Source: Mobula hypostoma
Lineage: Eukaryota
Direction of reading: 5' to 3'
NCBI RefSeq assembly: GCF_963921235.1
Contig: NC_086097.1
Span: forward strand, 172,238,001-172,302,000
DNA: 64,000 bases
Below are positions 1 through 13,140 of this stretch, one piece after another. A model generated the notes under the pieces. That model made no database searches and was not told the DNA's origin. It was given only the letters and a program-made list of their open reading frames with translations. The position numbers and the translations under genes are program-made. Every line of letters starts with the position of its first letter. Position 1 is the first letter of the stretch.

Positions 1-254
1 GACCTTGATGATGGATATTGCTTTTCAGTGGCAGCACTCCATGTACATACGCTCAATGGTGGGGAAGGCTTTACTTGTGACTGACTGGGCTTTCATAGAC
101 TTCTCTTTTCCTAGCATTGGTGTTTCCATTCCTGACTGTGATACAGTTAGAAAAATCTTCACTGTGCATCTACAGAAGTCTGTCAAAGTTTTTGGTGACA
201 TACCAAATCTATACAAAGTAGAAGTGCTGTTGTGCATTTTTTCTGATGGTACCA

Positions 255-705
255 GGATTTAAGGATGTTGCCAGGACTTAAGGTCCTGAGTTACAGGCAC
301 TTTATTCACTGAAGCGCAGGAGAATGAGGAGAGATTTGATTCAGAGAAAGATTTTATAATTGGATAAATAGGGTAAATGCAAGTAGGCTTTTACCACTGA
401 GGTTGGGTGAGACTAGAACTAGAGGTCATGGATTGATTGTGAAAGGCAAAATATTTAAGGGAAACCTGAGGGGGAACTTCTTCACTTCGTTGGTGGAGTT
501 AGTGTGAAATGAGCTGGCAGACGAAGTGGTGTATGTGTGTTTGAATACAACAATTTAGAGAACTTTGGATAAGTGCGTGGGTGAGAAGGGTATGGAGGTG
601 TATGTTGGGGGTTGATGGGACAAGGCAGAGTAACAGTTCAGCATGGATTAGATGAGCTGAAGAGGCTGTATCTGTGCTGTGCTGTTCCATGACTCTATGA
701 TTCTG
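255..705 (+). mobile_element. CR1 LINE 3' fragment, degenerate
   Basis: Decayed CR1 ORF2 C-terminus (gagactagaactagaggtcat = ETRTRGH; gggaacttcttcact) followed by the 3' UTR and a (ctatga) tail. Confidence 0.8.
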
Positions 706-1287
706 ACTCCTTCCCTTGATCCCAATTCCAACATGGCATCAAAGGAGAGCTATTTATCTGTAGTGCGAGGAACCTGATTCTCTTTCGAGAGAGTTCCATT
801 GTGGAAAGAGTTAATATCCTCAGAGTTTTTATCAGGATTGCATTAAACATCCAATTTAAACAGAAAGGTCAAAAATAGCAGCAAACAGTTATTTTTGAAC
901 AATCCTTTTCAAGTAAGTCACAATTCATCCTGACCACTAGCTCTGATTTGTGTAATCAACTTACCTGAGAGAGAGCGACCAGCCAGTACAAGAGGCATTT
1001 TTAGATCAACATGTGATAAACGGCTGTCAAAGCTATGTAGAATTATATAAATCAAAGCTTTCCTTTAAACTAAGCCACAAATTGTTAAATGTCACTGTTT
1101 ACAATATGTCCCCAAGAGATGAAGCAGTAATAGGTTATCTGATTGGTTTGCAAATAGGCTCCACTGTAAGAGAAAACAGATTTATTGGATATCAATGAGC
1201 CAGATTCTTTTAAACAAAATCCAACAGAATCATAGAGCCATGGAGTAACACAACACACCGTCTTCTGTGTGGAGAAGTTGCCCCTCC

Positions 1288-1882
1288 ATAAGACCATAAG
1301 ACTGTAACAGGTAGGAGCAGAATTAGGCCATTCTGTCTATTGAGTCTGCTCTATCTTTTCATCTTGCTTGATCCATTTTCCTTCTTCTCTCCATTCTCCT
1401 GCCTTCTCCCCATAGCCTTTCATGCCCTGACTGATTAAGAACCTGTCAAACACTGCCTTAAATTAACCTAATAACCTGCCCTCCACAGTTGTCTGTGGCA
1501 ACAAATACCAGAGATTTACTACCCACTGGCTAAATAAATTCCTACTCATCTCCATTCTAAGTGGGTGTCCCTCTATTCTGGGGCTGTGCCCTCTGGTCCT
1601 ATACTCTCCCACTATAGGAAATATCCTCTCCACATCCACTCTCTCTGAGCCTTTTAACATTTGATAGGTTTCAATGAGATCACACCCATTCTTCTAAATT
1701 CCAGCGAGTACAGGACCAGAGTCATCAAACACTCCTCAAGCGCTTTCATTCCCGAAATCATTGCAATGAACCTCTTCTGAACCATCTCCAATGTCAGCAC
1801 ATCCTTTATTAGATAAGAGGCCCAAAACTGCTCACAATACTCCAAGTGAGGCCTCACTAGTGCTTTATAAAGCCTCAACATT
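1288..1882 (-). mobile_element. CR1 LINE 3' fragment
   Basis: Minus ORFs LYKALVRPHLEYCEQFW and RTRGHSPRIEG; cataagac tandem tail at 1287-1303. Confidence 0.9.
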
Positions 1883-2574
1883 ACATCAAGTCTCTCAGAT
1901 CCCTTTTAAATCTTTCACCTTTTATCTTAAACTTAATGTATACCCTCTAGTTTTCAATTTCCTTTATCAAGGAAAATACTGTGTGTTCATCCTATTTATA
2001 CCCCCATCCATTATTTTATACACCTCTATAAGATCACCCTTCAGTTTCCCATACTCCACGCACTAGCCTGCTGAACCCCTACCTATAACGTAGCCTCTCA
2101 AGTCCAGCTAACATTTTCACCAGCCTCTGCATTCTTTCCAACTTAATGATGCCTTTTGATAACAGGGCAGCTAGAAGTGTACACAGGCTTTGTAATAGGG
2201 ATACAGAATCTGTCAACATGAGCGACTTGGGCCAAAGAGCATGTTCCCTTACTGTATAACAATACGAGTTATGGTCACCATTACAAGGTTATGTTTTATA
2301 ATTTACAGACTTATTTAACCATTTGAATTTCAACTCTTCAGCAGACACAATGGAATTTGAATGAAGCCGGATCAAGAGTAAGTTGCGATGAATGTTAGTT
2401 CGATAACTAAGCCATTGGGCAGCCACATGCACTTGCTTATGCTGAACATTTCTGTCCCTTTTTCATCTTATCCAGAAGTACTGTACTAGGAGAGAAACAG
2501 TCATTTGGGGTGATGTATCTCATCCAACATGGTGCATGGAGGAAACTGTGGTCAGAATCTGTGTAGGACTCCTC

Positions 2575-2845
2575 TGGGCTTACAAACCTGAAGCACCCCC
2601 TTCTGCCACAGGATCTGCTAAGACGCCGGTCAGAAGTGTGGTCACAGAGAGTGTCGTGATTCATGATGAATGGGGAAATCAGGTCTGGATCTGCCCTGGC
2701 TGCAAGGAGCCACATGATGGCAGCCCAAAGATTGGCTGTGATGACAGTGACGACGGGTACCTTTGGCCATGTGTCGGGATCAGTGTGGCACCCCTGATGA
2801 AGTGCAGTTGTTTTGCCCGAAGTGCATCGACGAGCAGGGAAAAAA
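2575..2845 (+). pseudogene. TAF3: Processed pseudogene fragment of the TAF3 C-terminus (PHD finger)
   Basis: Reads SAKTPVRSVVTESV-VIHDEWGNQVWICPGCKEPHDGSPKIGCDDSDDGYLWPCVGISVAP, then after a 1-nt frameshift at about 2794 DEVQLFCPKC. Matches recalled vertebrate TAF3 SAKAPVRSVVTETVSTYVIRDEWGNQIWICPGCNKPDDGSPMIGCDDCDDWYHWPCVGIMTAPPEEMQWFCPKC. Zinc ligands are lost (C>S, H>L). Confidence 0.93.
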
Positions 2846-4650
2846 CTGTCAATTTGCAAGCGAGGCCATTGAAACTAATAGGAAATGCCTTTATGATTTC
2901 CAAAATTTCACTTAACAGCTATTGTCAGGAATGCAGCCCTTTAGTAACTGGGGAAATACCTGTGCAATAAATGACAGGTTATTAAGTGGTGTGGAGAAAC
3001 AGAAGAACTTTTAAATATTTGTCTACAAATCCTTAAAGAAAGCAGATTGGATCAATAATGTAGTTAAAAGAGCACACAGACATTAGACTATCCTGGAAAC
3101 ATTACTTAGGCAACAGCTTGGCTATTGCATAGAGACCTGGTCTTCAAATTAGAGGAAAGATGCCATTGCACTGGAGAAGATACAGGAGAGATGTACTAAA
3201 ATATTGCCAGGACTGAATCCTTTTAGTGATGAGGAATGAATAAATAATCTGGGGTTGCTTTCTTTGGAACAGAGGAGACTGAGAGAAATTTAACTAAGGC
3301 ATTTTAAATTGCGAAGGATCTGCCTAGAGTAAACAGGAACAATCAGTTTACATTGGCAAAAAGGTCAAGACTAGAGAGCACAGATTAAATGTAATTGGAG
3401 GAAAGATTAGAAGGAGATGAAGATTTATTTTTCTAGCCAGAATGTGCTGCAGTCTGAAACTCACTCCTTGAAAGGGTGATGGAACCTGAAACCTTCATCA
3501 TATTCCCAAGAGCCATTCATGAGCTGGCCTTTTTGAAGATGCAGGGAATATCTCCTGTGCGGATCATCAATTTCGCACTCATGGTCTGCCTATTCTAATT
3601 TAATAAAGATCAAGTGTCAAGGTAATTTTGATACACTTAGATAACACAATTCTGTTAATCACCATGTTATCTGACTATATTGGCACAGTTTTAAAGGTTA
3701 TAATCCCAATTGCATTGACATGAAGATAAGACCATAAGAGATATGAGAAGATTTAGGCCACTTGGCCCATTGGGCCTGCTTCACCATTTGATCAAGGCTG
3801 ATCCATTTCCGTCTCAACCCCATTCTCTTGCCTTCTCCCCGTAACCTTTCACAACCTGATTTATCAAGAATTTATCAATCTCGCTCGATACGCTCAATGA
3901 CATGGTCTCCGCACCTGCCTGTGGCAACAAATTCCACAGATTCAAGAAATTTCTCCTGATTTCTGTGCTAAATGGGCACCTCTCTATTTTGAGTTTGTGC
4001 CCTCTGGTCCCAGAGTACCCCAGTATAGGAAACATCCTCTCCACATCCTCTCAGTAAGGTCTCACAGTATTTAATAGGTTTCAATGACCACACAGCCATC
4101 AATTCCATCATCCAAATCATTGAAATATAACATAAAAATCTGCAGTCCCAAGACAGACCCCTGTGGAACACCACTAGTCACCGGCACTCAATTAGAAGAG
4201 GCTCCTGTTACTCCCACTCTTTTCCCCCTGTCAATCAACTAATGCAATGCTCTATCCATGTTAGTATGTTTCCTGTAATACCATGGTCTCCTATTTTGCT
4301 GAGCATGGCACCTTGTCAAAGGCCTTTTGAAAATCCAAGCACACGACATTCACCAAATCTCCTTTGTCTATCCAGCTTGTTATTTCCTCAAATGATTGCA
4401 AAAGATTTGTCAGGCAAAAATTTCCTTTAAGGAAACCATGCTGATTTTGGTACATTTTATTATATGCCTCCAAGTACCCTGAAACCTCATTCTTCACAAT
4501 TGATTCTGACATCTTCCCAACCACTGAAGTCAAGCTAACTGGCCTATAATTTGGTTTCTTCTGCCTCTCTCCCTTCTTAACGAATGGAGTGAAATTTACG
4601 TTGTCCTTTCCTCTGAAACCATTCCAGGATCTCGTGATTTTTGAATGATC

Positions 4651-7515
4651 AGAATCAGGTATAATATCATTGGCATGTATCGTGAAATTTGTCATTATGC
4701 GACAGCAGTACATCGCAATACATAATAATAAGAACTATGAATTACAGTAAGGTATATATAGATAAAGTTAAATTAAATAAGCAGTACAAAAAACAGTGAG
4801 TGGTGTTCATGGGTTCAATGTCCATTCAGAAAGCTGACCTTAGAGGGGAAGAAGATGATCCTGAGTTGTTGAGTGTGTACCTTCAGGCTCCTGTACCTCA
4901 TCCCTGATGGTAGCAATGAGAAGAGGGCATGTCCTGGGTGATGAGAGTACTTAATGTCAGATGCCTCTTTTTTGAGGCATTACTCATTGAAGATGTCCAG
5001 AAATGCTGGGGAGGCTAGTGCCCACGATGGAGCTGACTGAGTTAGACAATAGACAATAGGTGCAGGAGTAGGCCATTCGGCCCTTCGAGCCAGCACCGCC
5101 ATTCACTGTGATCATGGTTGATCATTCACAATCAGTATCCAGTTCCTGCCTTATCCCCATAACCTTTGATTCCACTATCTTTAAGAGCTCTATCCATCTC
5201 TTTCTTGAAAGCATCCAAAGACTTGGCCTCCACACCTTCTGGGGTAGAGCATTCCATACATCCACCACTCTCTGGGTGAAAAAGTTTTTCCTCAACTCTG
5301 TTCTAAATGGCCTACCCTTTATTCTTAAACTGTGGCCTCTGGTTCTGGACTCACCCATCAGAGGGAACATGCTTCCTGCCTCCAGCGTGTCCAATCCCTT
5401 AATAATCTTATATGTTTCAATAAGATCCCCTCTCAACCTTCTAAATTCCAGAGTATACAAGCCCAGTCGCTCCAATCTTTCGACATATGACAGTCCCGCC
5501 ATCCCAGGAATTAACCTTGTGAACCTACGCCGCAGTCCCTCAATAGCAAGAATGTCCTTCCTCAAATTTGGAGACCAAAACTGCACACAGTACTCCAGGT
5601 GTGGTCTCACCAGGGCCCTGTACAGCTGCAGAAGGACCTCTTTGCTCTTATACTCAATTCCCCTTGTTATGAAGGCCAGCATGCCATTAGCTTTCTTCAC
5701 TGCCTGCTGTACTTGCATGCTTGCTTTCAGTGACTGATGTACAAGAACACCTAGACCTCATTGTACTTCCCCTTTTCCTAACTTGACTCCATTTAGATAA
5801 TAATCTGCCTTCCTGTTCTTACCACCAAAGTGGATAACCTCACATTTATCCACATTAAACTGCATCTGCCCACTCACCCAGCCTGTCCAAGTCACCCTGC
5901 ATTCTCATTACATTCTCCTCACATTTCACACTGCCACCCAGCTTGTGTCATCGGCAAATTTGCTAATGTTACTTTTAATTCCCTCATCTAAATCATTAAT
6001 ATATATTGTAAACAGCTGCGATCCCAGCACTGAACCCTGCGGTATCCCACTAGGCACCGCCTGCCATTCCGAAAGGGACCCATTAATCGCTACTCATTGT
6101 TTTCTGTCAGCCAGCCAATTTTCAATTCATGTCAGTACTCTGCCCCCTATACCATGTGCCCTAATTTTGCCCACTAATCTCCTATGTGGGACTTTATCAA
6201 AGGCTTTCTGAAAGTCCAGGTACGCTGCATCCACTGGCTTTCCCTTGTCCATTTTCATTGTTACATCCTCAAAAAATTCCAGAAGATTAGTCAAGCACGA
6301 TTTCCCCTTCGTAAATCCATGCTGACTCAGACCGATCCTGTTTCTGCTATCCAGATGTGTCGTAATTTCATCTTTTATAATTGACTCCAGCATCTTTCCC
6401 ACCACCAACATCAGGCTAACCGGTCTATAATTCCCAGTTTTCTCTCTTCCTCCTTCTTGAAGAGAAGGACAACATTAGCCACCCTCCAATCCACAGGAAC
6501 TGATCCTGAATCTATAGAACATTGGAAAATGATTACCAATGCGTCCACGATTTCTAAAGCCACCTCCTTAAGTATCCTGGGATGCAGACCATCAGGTCCT
6601 GGGGATTTATCAGCCTTCTGACCCAACAGTCTATCCAACACCATTTCCTGCCTAATATAAATTTCCTTCAGTTCATCCATTACCCTAGGTCCTTTGCCCA
6701 CTATTATATCTGGGAGATTGTTTGTGTCTTCCCTAGTGAAGACAGATCCAAAGCACCTGTTGAACTTGTCTGCCATTTCCTTGTTCCCCATAATAAATTC
6801 ACCCGCTTCTGTCTTCAAGGGCCCAATTTTGGTCTTAACTATTTTTTTCCTTTTCACATACCTAAAGAAGCTTTTACTATCCTCCTTTATATTCTTGGCT
6901 AGTTTACCTTCGTACCTCATTTTTTCTCCACGTATTGCCTTTTTAGTTACCTTCTGTTGCTCTTTAAACGTTTCCCAATCCTCCGGCTTCCCACCCGTCT
7001 TTGCTATGTTATACTTCTCTTTTATTTTTATACTGTCCATTACTTCCCTTGTCAGCCATGGCCTGCCCTTACTCCCCTTAGGATCTTTCTTCCTCTTTGG
7101 AATGAACTGATCCTGCACCTTCCGCATTATTCCCAGAAACACTTGCCATTGCTGTTCCACTGTCATCCCTGCTAGGGTATTGTTCCACTGAACTTTGGCC
7201 TGCTCCCCCCTCATAGCACAAAGTTTACAACTTTCTGCAGCTTATTTCATACCAGATGGTGATGAAGCCAGATAGAATGCTCTCCATGGTACATCTGTAG
7301 AAAAGTGCCAGTGTCTTTGGTGCCATATCAAATTTCTTCAGTCTCCTAATGACACATAGCCTTGTTTTAACTGCATGATATATTGGGCTCAGGATAGATT
7401 ACCCAAAATTTTGACATTGCTCACTCTTTCCACTTCGATAAGGACTGGCGTCTTACTCATTTTGGAGTCCACAATTAATTCTTTGGTCTTACTGACACTG
7501 AGTGCAAGGTTGTTG
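4651..7515 (-). mobile_element. Rex1/Babar-like LINE 3' remnant (4651-5042 plus 7220-7515) inserted in the older CR1
   Basis: agaatcagg tail; same 3' region as other copies in the window (cctgatggtagcaatgagaagagggcatgtcctggg); minus strand near 7510-7470 gives NNLALSVSKTKELIVD. Confidence 0.7.
5043..7217 (-). mobile_element. Young 5'-truncated CR1 LINE with frameshifted RT ORF2
   Basis: ORFs 6411-7214, 6127-6411 and 5122-5718 contain KSPGPDGLHP, QHGF, YLDFQKAFDKVPH and VRPHLEYCVQFWSP; FADD at about 5950; (tagacaa)n tail. Confidence 0.95.
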
Positions 7516-9076
7516 GTCATTACTAATGCCTCCACAATCTCTTCAGCTACCTGTTTCAGAACCCTGGGAGGTAGTCCATCTGGTCCAGCTTACTCATCTA
7601 CCTTTACACTTTTTAGCTTCCCAAACACCTAGTAATAGCAACTGCACTCACTCCTGCCCCCGACATTCTCAGACTTCCGGCATACTGCTCGTGTCTTCCA
7701 CAGTAAAAACTTATGCAACATACTTATTCAGTTCATCCACCATTTCTTCCATTACTATCTCTCCAACATCAATTTCCAGCAGTCCAATATCTACTCTTGC
7801 CTCTCTTTTACTCTCTATATATCTGAAAATAATTTTTGTTCCTCTTTGACATTATCTGCCTGTGTACCTTCATATTTCATCACTTCACTCCTTATGGCTT
7901 TTTTAGTTGCCTTGTGTTGGTTTTAAAAGCTTCCCAATCCCCTTTAGTTTTTGCTCCTTTGTATGGCCTTTCTTTTGCTTTTATGTTGGCTTTGACTTCC
8001 CTCGTCAGCCACAGTTGTGTCATCCTTCCTTTAGAATACTTATTCTTTCAGATGTATCTCTCCTATGCCTTCCAAACTTCTCCCAGAAACCTCATCCATT
8101 GTTGCTCTGCCATCATCCTTGCTAGTATCCTTTCCAATCAATTTCAGTCGGATTTTCTCTCATGCTTCTGTAATTCCCTTTACTCCATTGTAATACTGAT
8201 ACATTTTGCATTTGGTTCTCCCTCTCAAATTAAGGGTGAAATCTATCATATTATGATCACTGTTTACCTTTACCTTAAGTTGCCTTATCAAATCCAGTTC
8301 ATTATGCTACACCTAATCCAGAATAGCTGATCTCCTCATGAGCTCAACCACAAGCTGTTCTAAAAAGACGTTCTATAAATTCTCTCTCTTGGGATCCAAC
8401 ATCAACACCAAACTGATTTTTCCAATCTATCTGCATGTTGAAATCCTCCATGACTATCATAACATATTGTATTGTAATAAGATGTACAACACAAAAAAAT
8501 AAATTTTTCAGTGAAGAATTCTTTTTATCAACAGAATCATAGATGGAGAAGACCAACGATTTATTCCTAGCTGAATGAAACAATTCCTTCTTATCTGTGG
8601 TCTGAATATCTTCCTCCTTAGTTTCAGACTGTGTTCCCTGCTTCTAGATTCGTCAGCTGATGGAAACATTCTCACAGTATCCAACCTGCCCTACTCTAAG
8701 TTTCAATGAAATCACCTCTTGTTCTCCCAAACCTTTAAAGTTATGTCCTAGTCTGCATTCTCTTCTCATTCAGCTAACCTACTATCCGAGTAGATGGACT
8801 GAAAAATCTTCATTATATTTCCTTCTATGTTGTTACATTATTTTTGTTTACTATGTCTCACCTCTACGGTGAGTGCATCCTTTCTCAGTAAGGGAACCAG
8901 AGATATACATTGAGCTCCACACGTGGTCTCACCAAGCCCCATCTTTATTCCTGTACTCAATTCCTCTCATATTAAAGGGGAGACAGAAGAGAGCACAGAT
9001 GCTGGAACTCAGCATCAGTAGAGGAAAATGGGCAGTCAGTGCTTCAGTTCTAGCCCCTTCATCTGACTCCCCTTTA

Positions 9077-9952
9077 CAGGTTGAGTAACCCTCATCCAAA
9101 ATGCTTGTAGCTGGAAGTATTTTGGATTTTAGATTATATGAGGTAGTTTGGGATTGCCATCATTTCCGACTCAGAATTTATGTACTACTGTGCTGGTAAG
9201 CAGGCTTTGTCTTACACATGTTAATCACACTTATGTACTGAACAGTAAACCTTGTTACATACCATTAATGTAATGAAAGTGTAATGTGTGCAGGGTAACA
9301 AATGCAGCTCAGCAGGGAGAATACTCGAACCAGCTGTTGAACAACAACAAACAACAACAGCTTTCAGTCTCCACATACAATTCCATATTTTGATTAAAGG
9401 CTACTGTACACTGGATTTGTGTTTTTTTTTGAGATTTTATGTAAAGTATAAAAACAATTAGCATTGTAGACTTGTTCTGCTGTAAGAATTTCATCAGCAA
9501 CACTTTAAAAATTTAATGCCGTCACGTAAGATATTAAAGTAATCAGCATCATAGACTTGTTCTGGTACTAGATTTACATGATCAGCAGATCCTATAAAAC
9601 TGAATGTGATGCCTTTTCTTAAATTTCTGCAACCAGCCTGCTGAATATTCACAATTACTTTAACTTTGTCGTGATAGATATTTGCTTTTTATGATCAGTA
9701 TATCGTCAAGCAGCGTATGTCCACTCCAACACTAATGATACGTGATCAAGATCTTCAGTTTTCACTTTATGTGGTGTTTCTCTATTTTACATTAACTTCT
9801 GTTCATTACATAAGTGAGGTCACCTCAAAACTATCTGTGGTACGCAGAGACCTTTGCAGTGCCTTGTGGAATTTCCCATTTGTGACATCACGTCAGCCCT
9901 CAAAAGTAAATTTGGATTTCAGAGGTTTTCGGATTGTGGATTGTGGAACCTG
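9077..9952. mobile_element. Non-autonomous pogo/Tigger (Tigger4/MER46-like) DNA transposon
   Basis: TA|CAGGTT...AACCTG|TA termini; subterminal ggattt repeats; ends resemble recalled Tigger4/MER46 ends. Confidence 0.8.
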
Positions 9953-11221
9953 TATTTTGAGACTGTGATCCCTAGTTCTATACTCCTCAGCCTGGGGAAG
10001 CATTCTCCCTACATCCAACCTATAAAGTCTATTAGAATTTATTTTCTCTCATAATTGCTCTTAGTTTTTTTCTCTCTTTCTCTGTAACTATAACACTTTA
10101 TTCTGCATTCTGTTATTGCTTTTCCCTTGTGCTGTCATATGATGAAATAATCTATGGATGGCATGCAAACTAGTTTTTCACGGTACCTTGGTACATACAA
10201 CAATTTACCAATTTAATGAAGGCCAGGGGTACCATTTGTCTTCCTTGTTTCTTGTTGCTTTTGTATTAGTTTTTGGAGACGTGTGTACAAGGACAGCCTG
10301 GTCCCTTGGAACAGCAGCATTTCCCATTCTGCTGTCTTTCAATAGATGCTCTTTCTCTGTTTTGATGTCCAAAGTGGTGACATCACATTTTCCTGCCTTA
10401 TGTTCATTCTGCTATGTCCTCAACCACTCATTCAACTTGTTTCTATTGCCTTGGAGCCTCTTTATATCCTCCCATCACTCACAGTCCCACTTAGTCAGCT
10501 ATGACATTTGGAATTGGAATTGGTTTATTATTATCACATGTAACAATTTACGCTGAAAAGCTTGTTTTGTATACTGTACATACAGATCAAATCATTACAC
10601 AGTGTATTGAGGTAGAACAAGATAAAACAATGACAATGCAGAATAAAGTGTAACAGCTGCAGGTAAAGTGCAGTTCAGGTGAATAATAAGGTGCAAGATT
10701 ATAGTAAGATAGATCTAGAGGTCAGGAGTCCATCTTATTGTACCATAGAAACATTTAATTCAACAGTTAACTGAAGCATGTCCTTGAACCTGGTGGTATG
10801 TGATTTCAGGCTTTTGCATCTTCTGCCTGATGGAACAGGGGACAGAAGAGAATGTCCAGGGTGGGTAGGGTCTTTGATTATGCTGGCTACTTTACTGAGG
10901 TGGCGAGAAGTATCGAATCCATAGAGGGGAGGCTGGTTTCCATGATGTGCCAAGCTTTGTCCACAACTCTCTGCTGTTCCTTACAGAGCAGTTACCATAC
11001 CAGACTGTTACGCATCCAGTGAGCATGTGGTCCCCTCACTTAAGTCATTAGTATTAATTTTGAAGAGCTGGTGGCCAAACACCGATTCCTGCAGAATGCT
11101 ACTTATTACAATTGACCGTCTGAGAGATAACCATGTTGACCCTGTTTCACTAACCACAGGTTTTGGGGATACTTTTACATCATCCCTAGTGAACATCCCA
11201 TCATAGAACTCCAGTAGGTTA

Positions 11222-11350
11222 GGCCTGATGCAGAGTTTTGGCCTGAAATGTCAACAAATCAGTTCTTCATACAGATGCTGCTCGAACTGATGAGTTCCTC
11301 CACCAGACTCTTCATCGCTCTTAATTCCAGTCTCTGCTGTCTTCTGTGGC
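11222..11350 (+). mobile_element. Old Penelope pLTR remnant with degenerate hammerhead core
   Basis: cctgatgcagagttttggcctgaaatgtcaac...cagatgctgctcgaactgatgagttcctcca resembles the young pLTRs in this window. Confidence 0.6.
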
Positions 11351-12423
11351 TCCAATAGCTTGGCGAAACATGATTTTCCTTTTATAAATCCACACAGACT
11401 CCGCTGAAGCCTATTACTGTTGGCTAAGGTACCTTTTTTGTAAATAATATTCTGTGTGATGGATGTATGTGAATATGCATAAATGGTAAACTGCTTTATT
11501 CTTGTCACATGTCCTGAGGTACCATGCCATCCATGCAGATCTTTTCATCACATCAGTGCATAGATGTACTACAATGGAAAGGCAGAATGCAGAATATAGT
11601 GTTACAGTTACAGAGTAAGTGCAGTGCAGACAAATAATGAGATGCAAGGCCATATAGAGGTAGATTGTGTGCTGAAGACTCCATTTTATCACACTAAGGG
11701 ATAGTTCAATAGTCTTATAAGAGTAGGATAGAAGCTGTCCTTGAGCCTGGTGGTACATACTTTTAGCCTTTTGTATTTTCTGCACATATGTATGTGTTGT
11801 GACTCAATATGTTTACAAAAACTTATTTCATTAGGGTAGAATTTTCAGATTGAATTCTGTGTTGTGAAAGAATGATTGTGAGAGATTATCACCCTTGGTT
11901 TCTAAGGGTCAGAACAAATCAAGCTGGGAGATTTAATTAACTAAGATGAAAGAACCAGAGCTTCAAACTGCAAATTCAGGCAAAAGTTTAAAATCGCAGA
12001 AGAAATTTTACATCCAAATCACATCTATAAACTCAAGCTTTTCTCCCTTCATCTTCAAACAGTTAAAACATAGTCTAATAACTACTCTGAAAAACTTGCA
12101 TTCTCCTACGAAAAATCTGCTTGGGTTCTCTGAAATTGGTAATATACTTCCTGATTTTAACAGGAATGTGTAATTTGTGTATATCAAGGAATACAGTAAT
12201 GCCAGGGAATGAAACTGAGGTGGAAAGTCAGGCACAGTCTTAATAAATGGCGAACCAAGCTTGAAGGAAAATCGACATACTCCTATCCCTCATGCTTCCG
12301 AGTCTGAATCGGGTTTATTATCTTTGACATATGTCGTGAAATTTGATGTTTTGTTGCAGCAACACAGTGCAAGACATAAACGATTACTATAAATCACAGT
12401 CAATGAACGAAACAATTAATCAA

Positions 12424-13019
12424 TGTTGTAGTGTGGATGAAATCATCGGAGAGATGGAGTCACTGGTAGATACATAGAAACATAGAAACATAAAAGCTTC
12501 TTTATTCGACACAACAAGGTACAGCAGGCATCATACGGACGGAGACGCTTTCAGTAGAAAGGTCTGCTAGCCCAATGTGGGCTCAATATTTATATGCTAA
12601 ACACAAAGGCAATCACTACTTAAAAAGTCATAGACAATGCATAGACAATGCTTCCTATTGAAGCTACATACAAAATATCACACCACCTAACTCCATCCTT
12701 TTCTTCCGATGCCAACATGTCTGGGCTGGTATCCACAGCCTTTAGGAATGCAATTAAATCCACAATACATTTATTTGGCATTTTACGTGCTAACATAGAA
12801 GACAATTAATATTTATAATGTATAGATAATACTGTCTTCGAAACTACAGCATCTGGTCAAACTACGGTGCCAGAAGCATCTGGTATTCACACCTTTTTAG
12901 GAAGCGCATTGTTGTGGAATCAATCCACAGTACTTTGTCAAATAGTCTAATAGAAGTCTGGGGGCCAAAGTCATTTAAGTGTAAACCAATCATCTACCCA
13001 AAAAAAACTCTCTCTAACA
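12424..13019 (-). mobile_element. Solo LTR-like element (596 bp)
   Basis: TGTT...AACA ends; flanking direct repeat taatcaa (12417-12423 / 13020-13026); minus-strand TATAAATA at about 12590 and AATAAA at about 12503. Confidence 0.7.
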
Positions 13020-13049
13020 TAATCAATCATCAATGGGTAGATAAAGAAA

Positions 13050-13140
13050 TAAATGGATAAATTAGTGAATAAATAAATGAATTAATTAAATAGATTGATA
13101 GAGGTAGATAGACAGATACATAGATAGATAAACATAGAGT
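13050..13140. repeat. Degenerate (TAAA)n/(TAGA)n microsatellite
   Basis: aataaataaatg...gatagacagatacatagatagataaacatag. Confidence 0.7.

Larger units (their letters stand above)
3727..8470 (-). mobile_element. Older CR1 LINE split by nested insertions (pieces about 3727-4650 and 7516-8470)
   Basis: ORFs NYRPVSLTSVVGKMSESI...LDFQKAFDKVP; sequence breaks at ...ttgaatgatc (4650) and resumes colinearly at ggtcattactaatgcctcc (7516). Confidence 0.85.

Noticed and set aside
2536..2970. 144-aa ORF as a functional TAF3 gene or exon
   Set aside because: Zinc ligands mutated, frameshift at about 2794, and both ORF ends are unrelated to TAF3
5108..5737. 209-aa plus-strand ORF and similar ones (24462-25166, 6694-7110)
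   Set aside because: Antisense frames of CR1 ORF2
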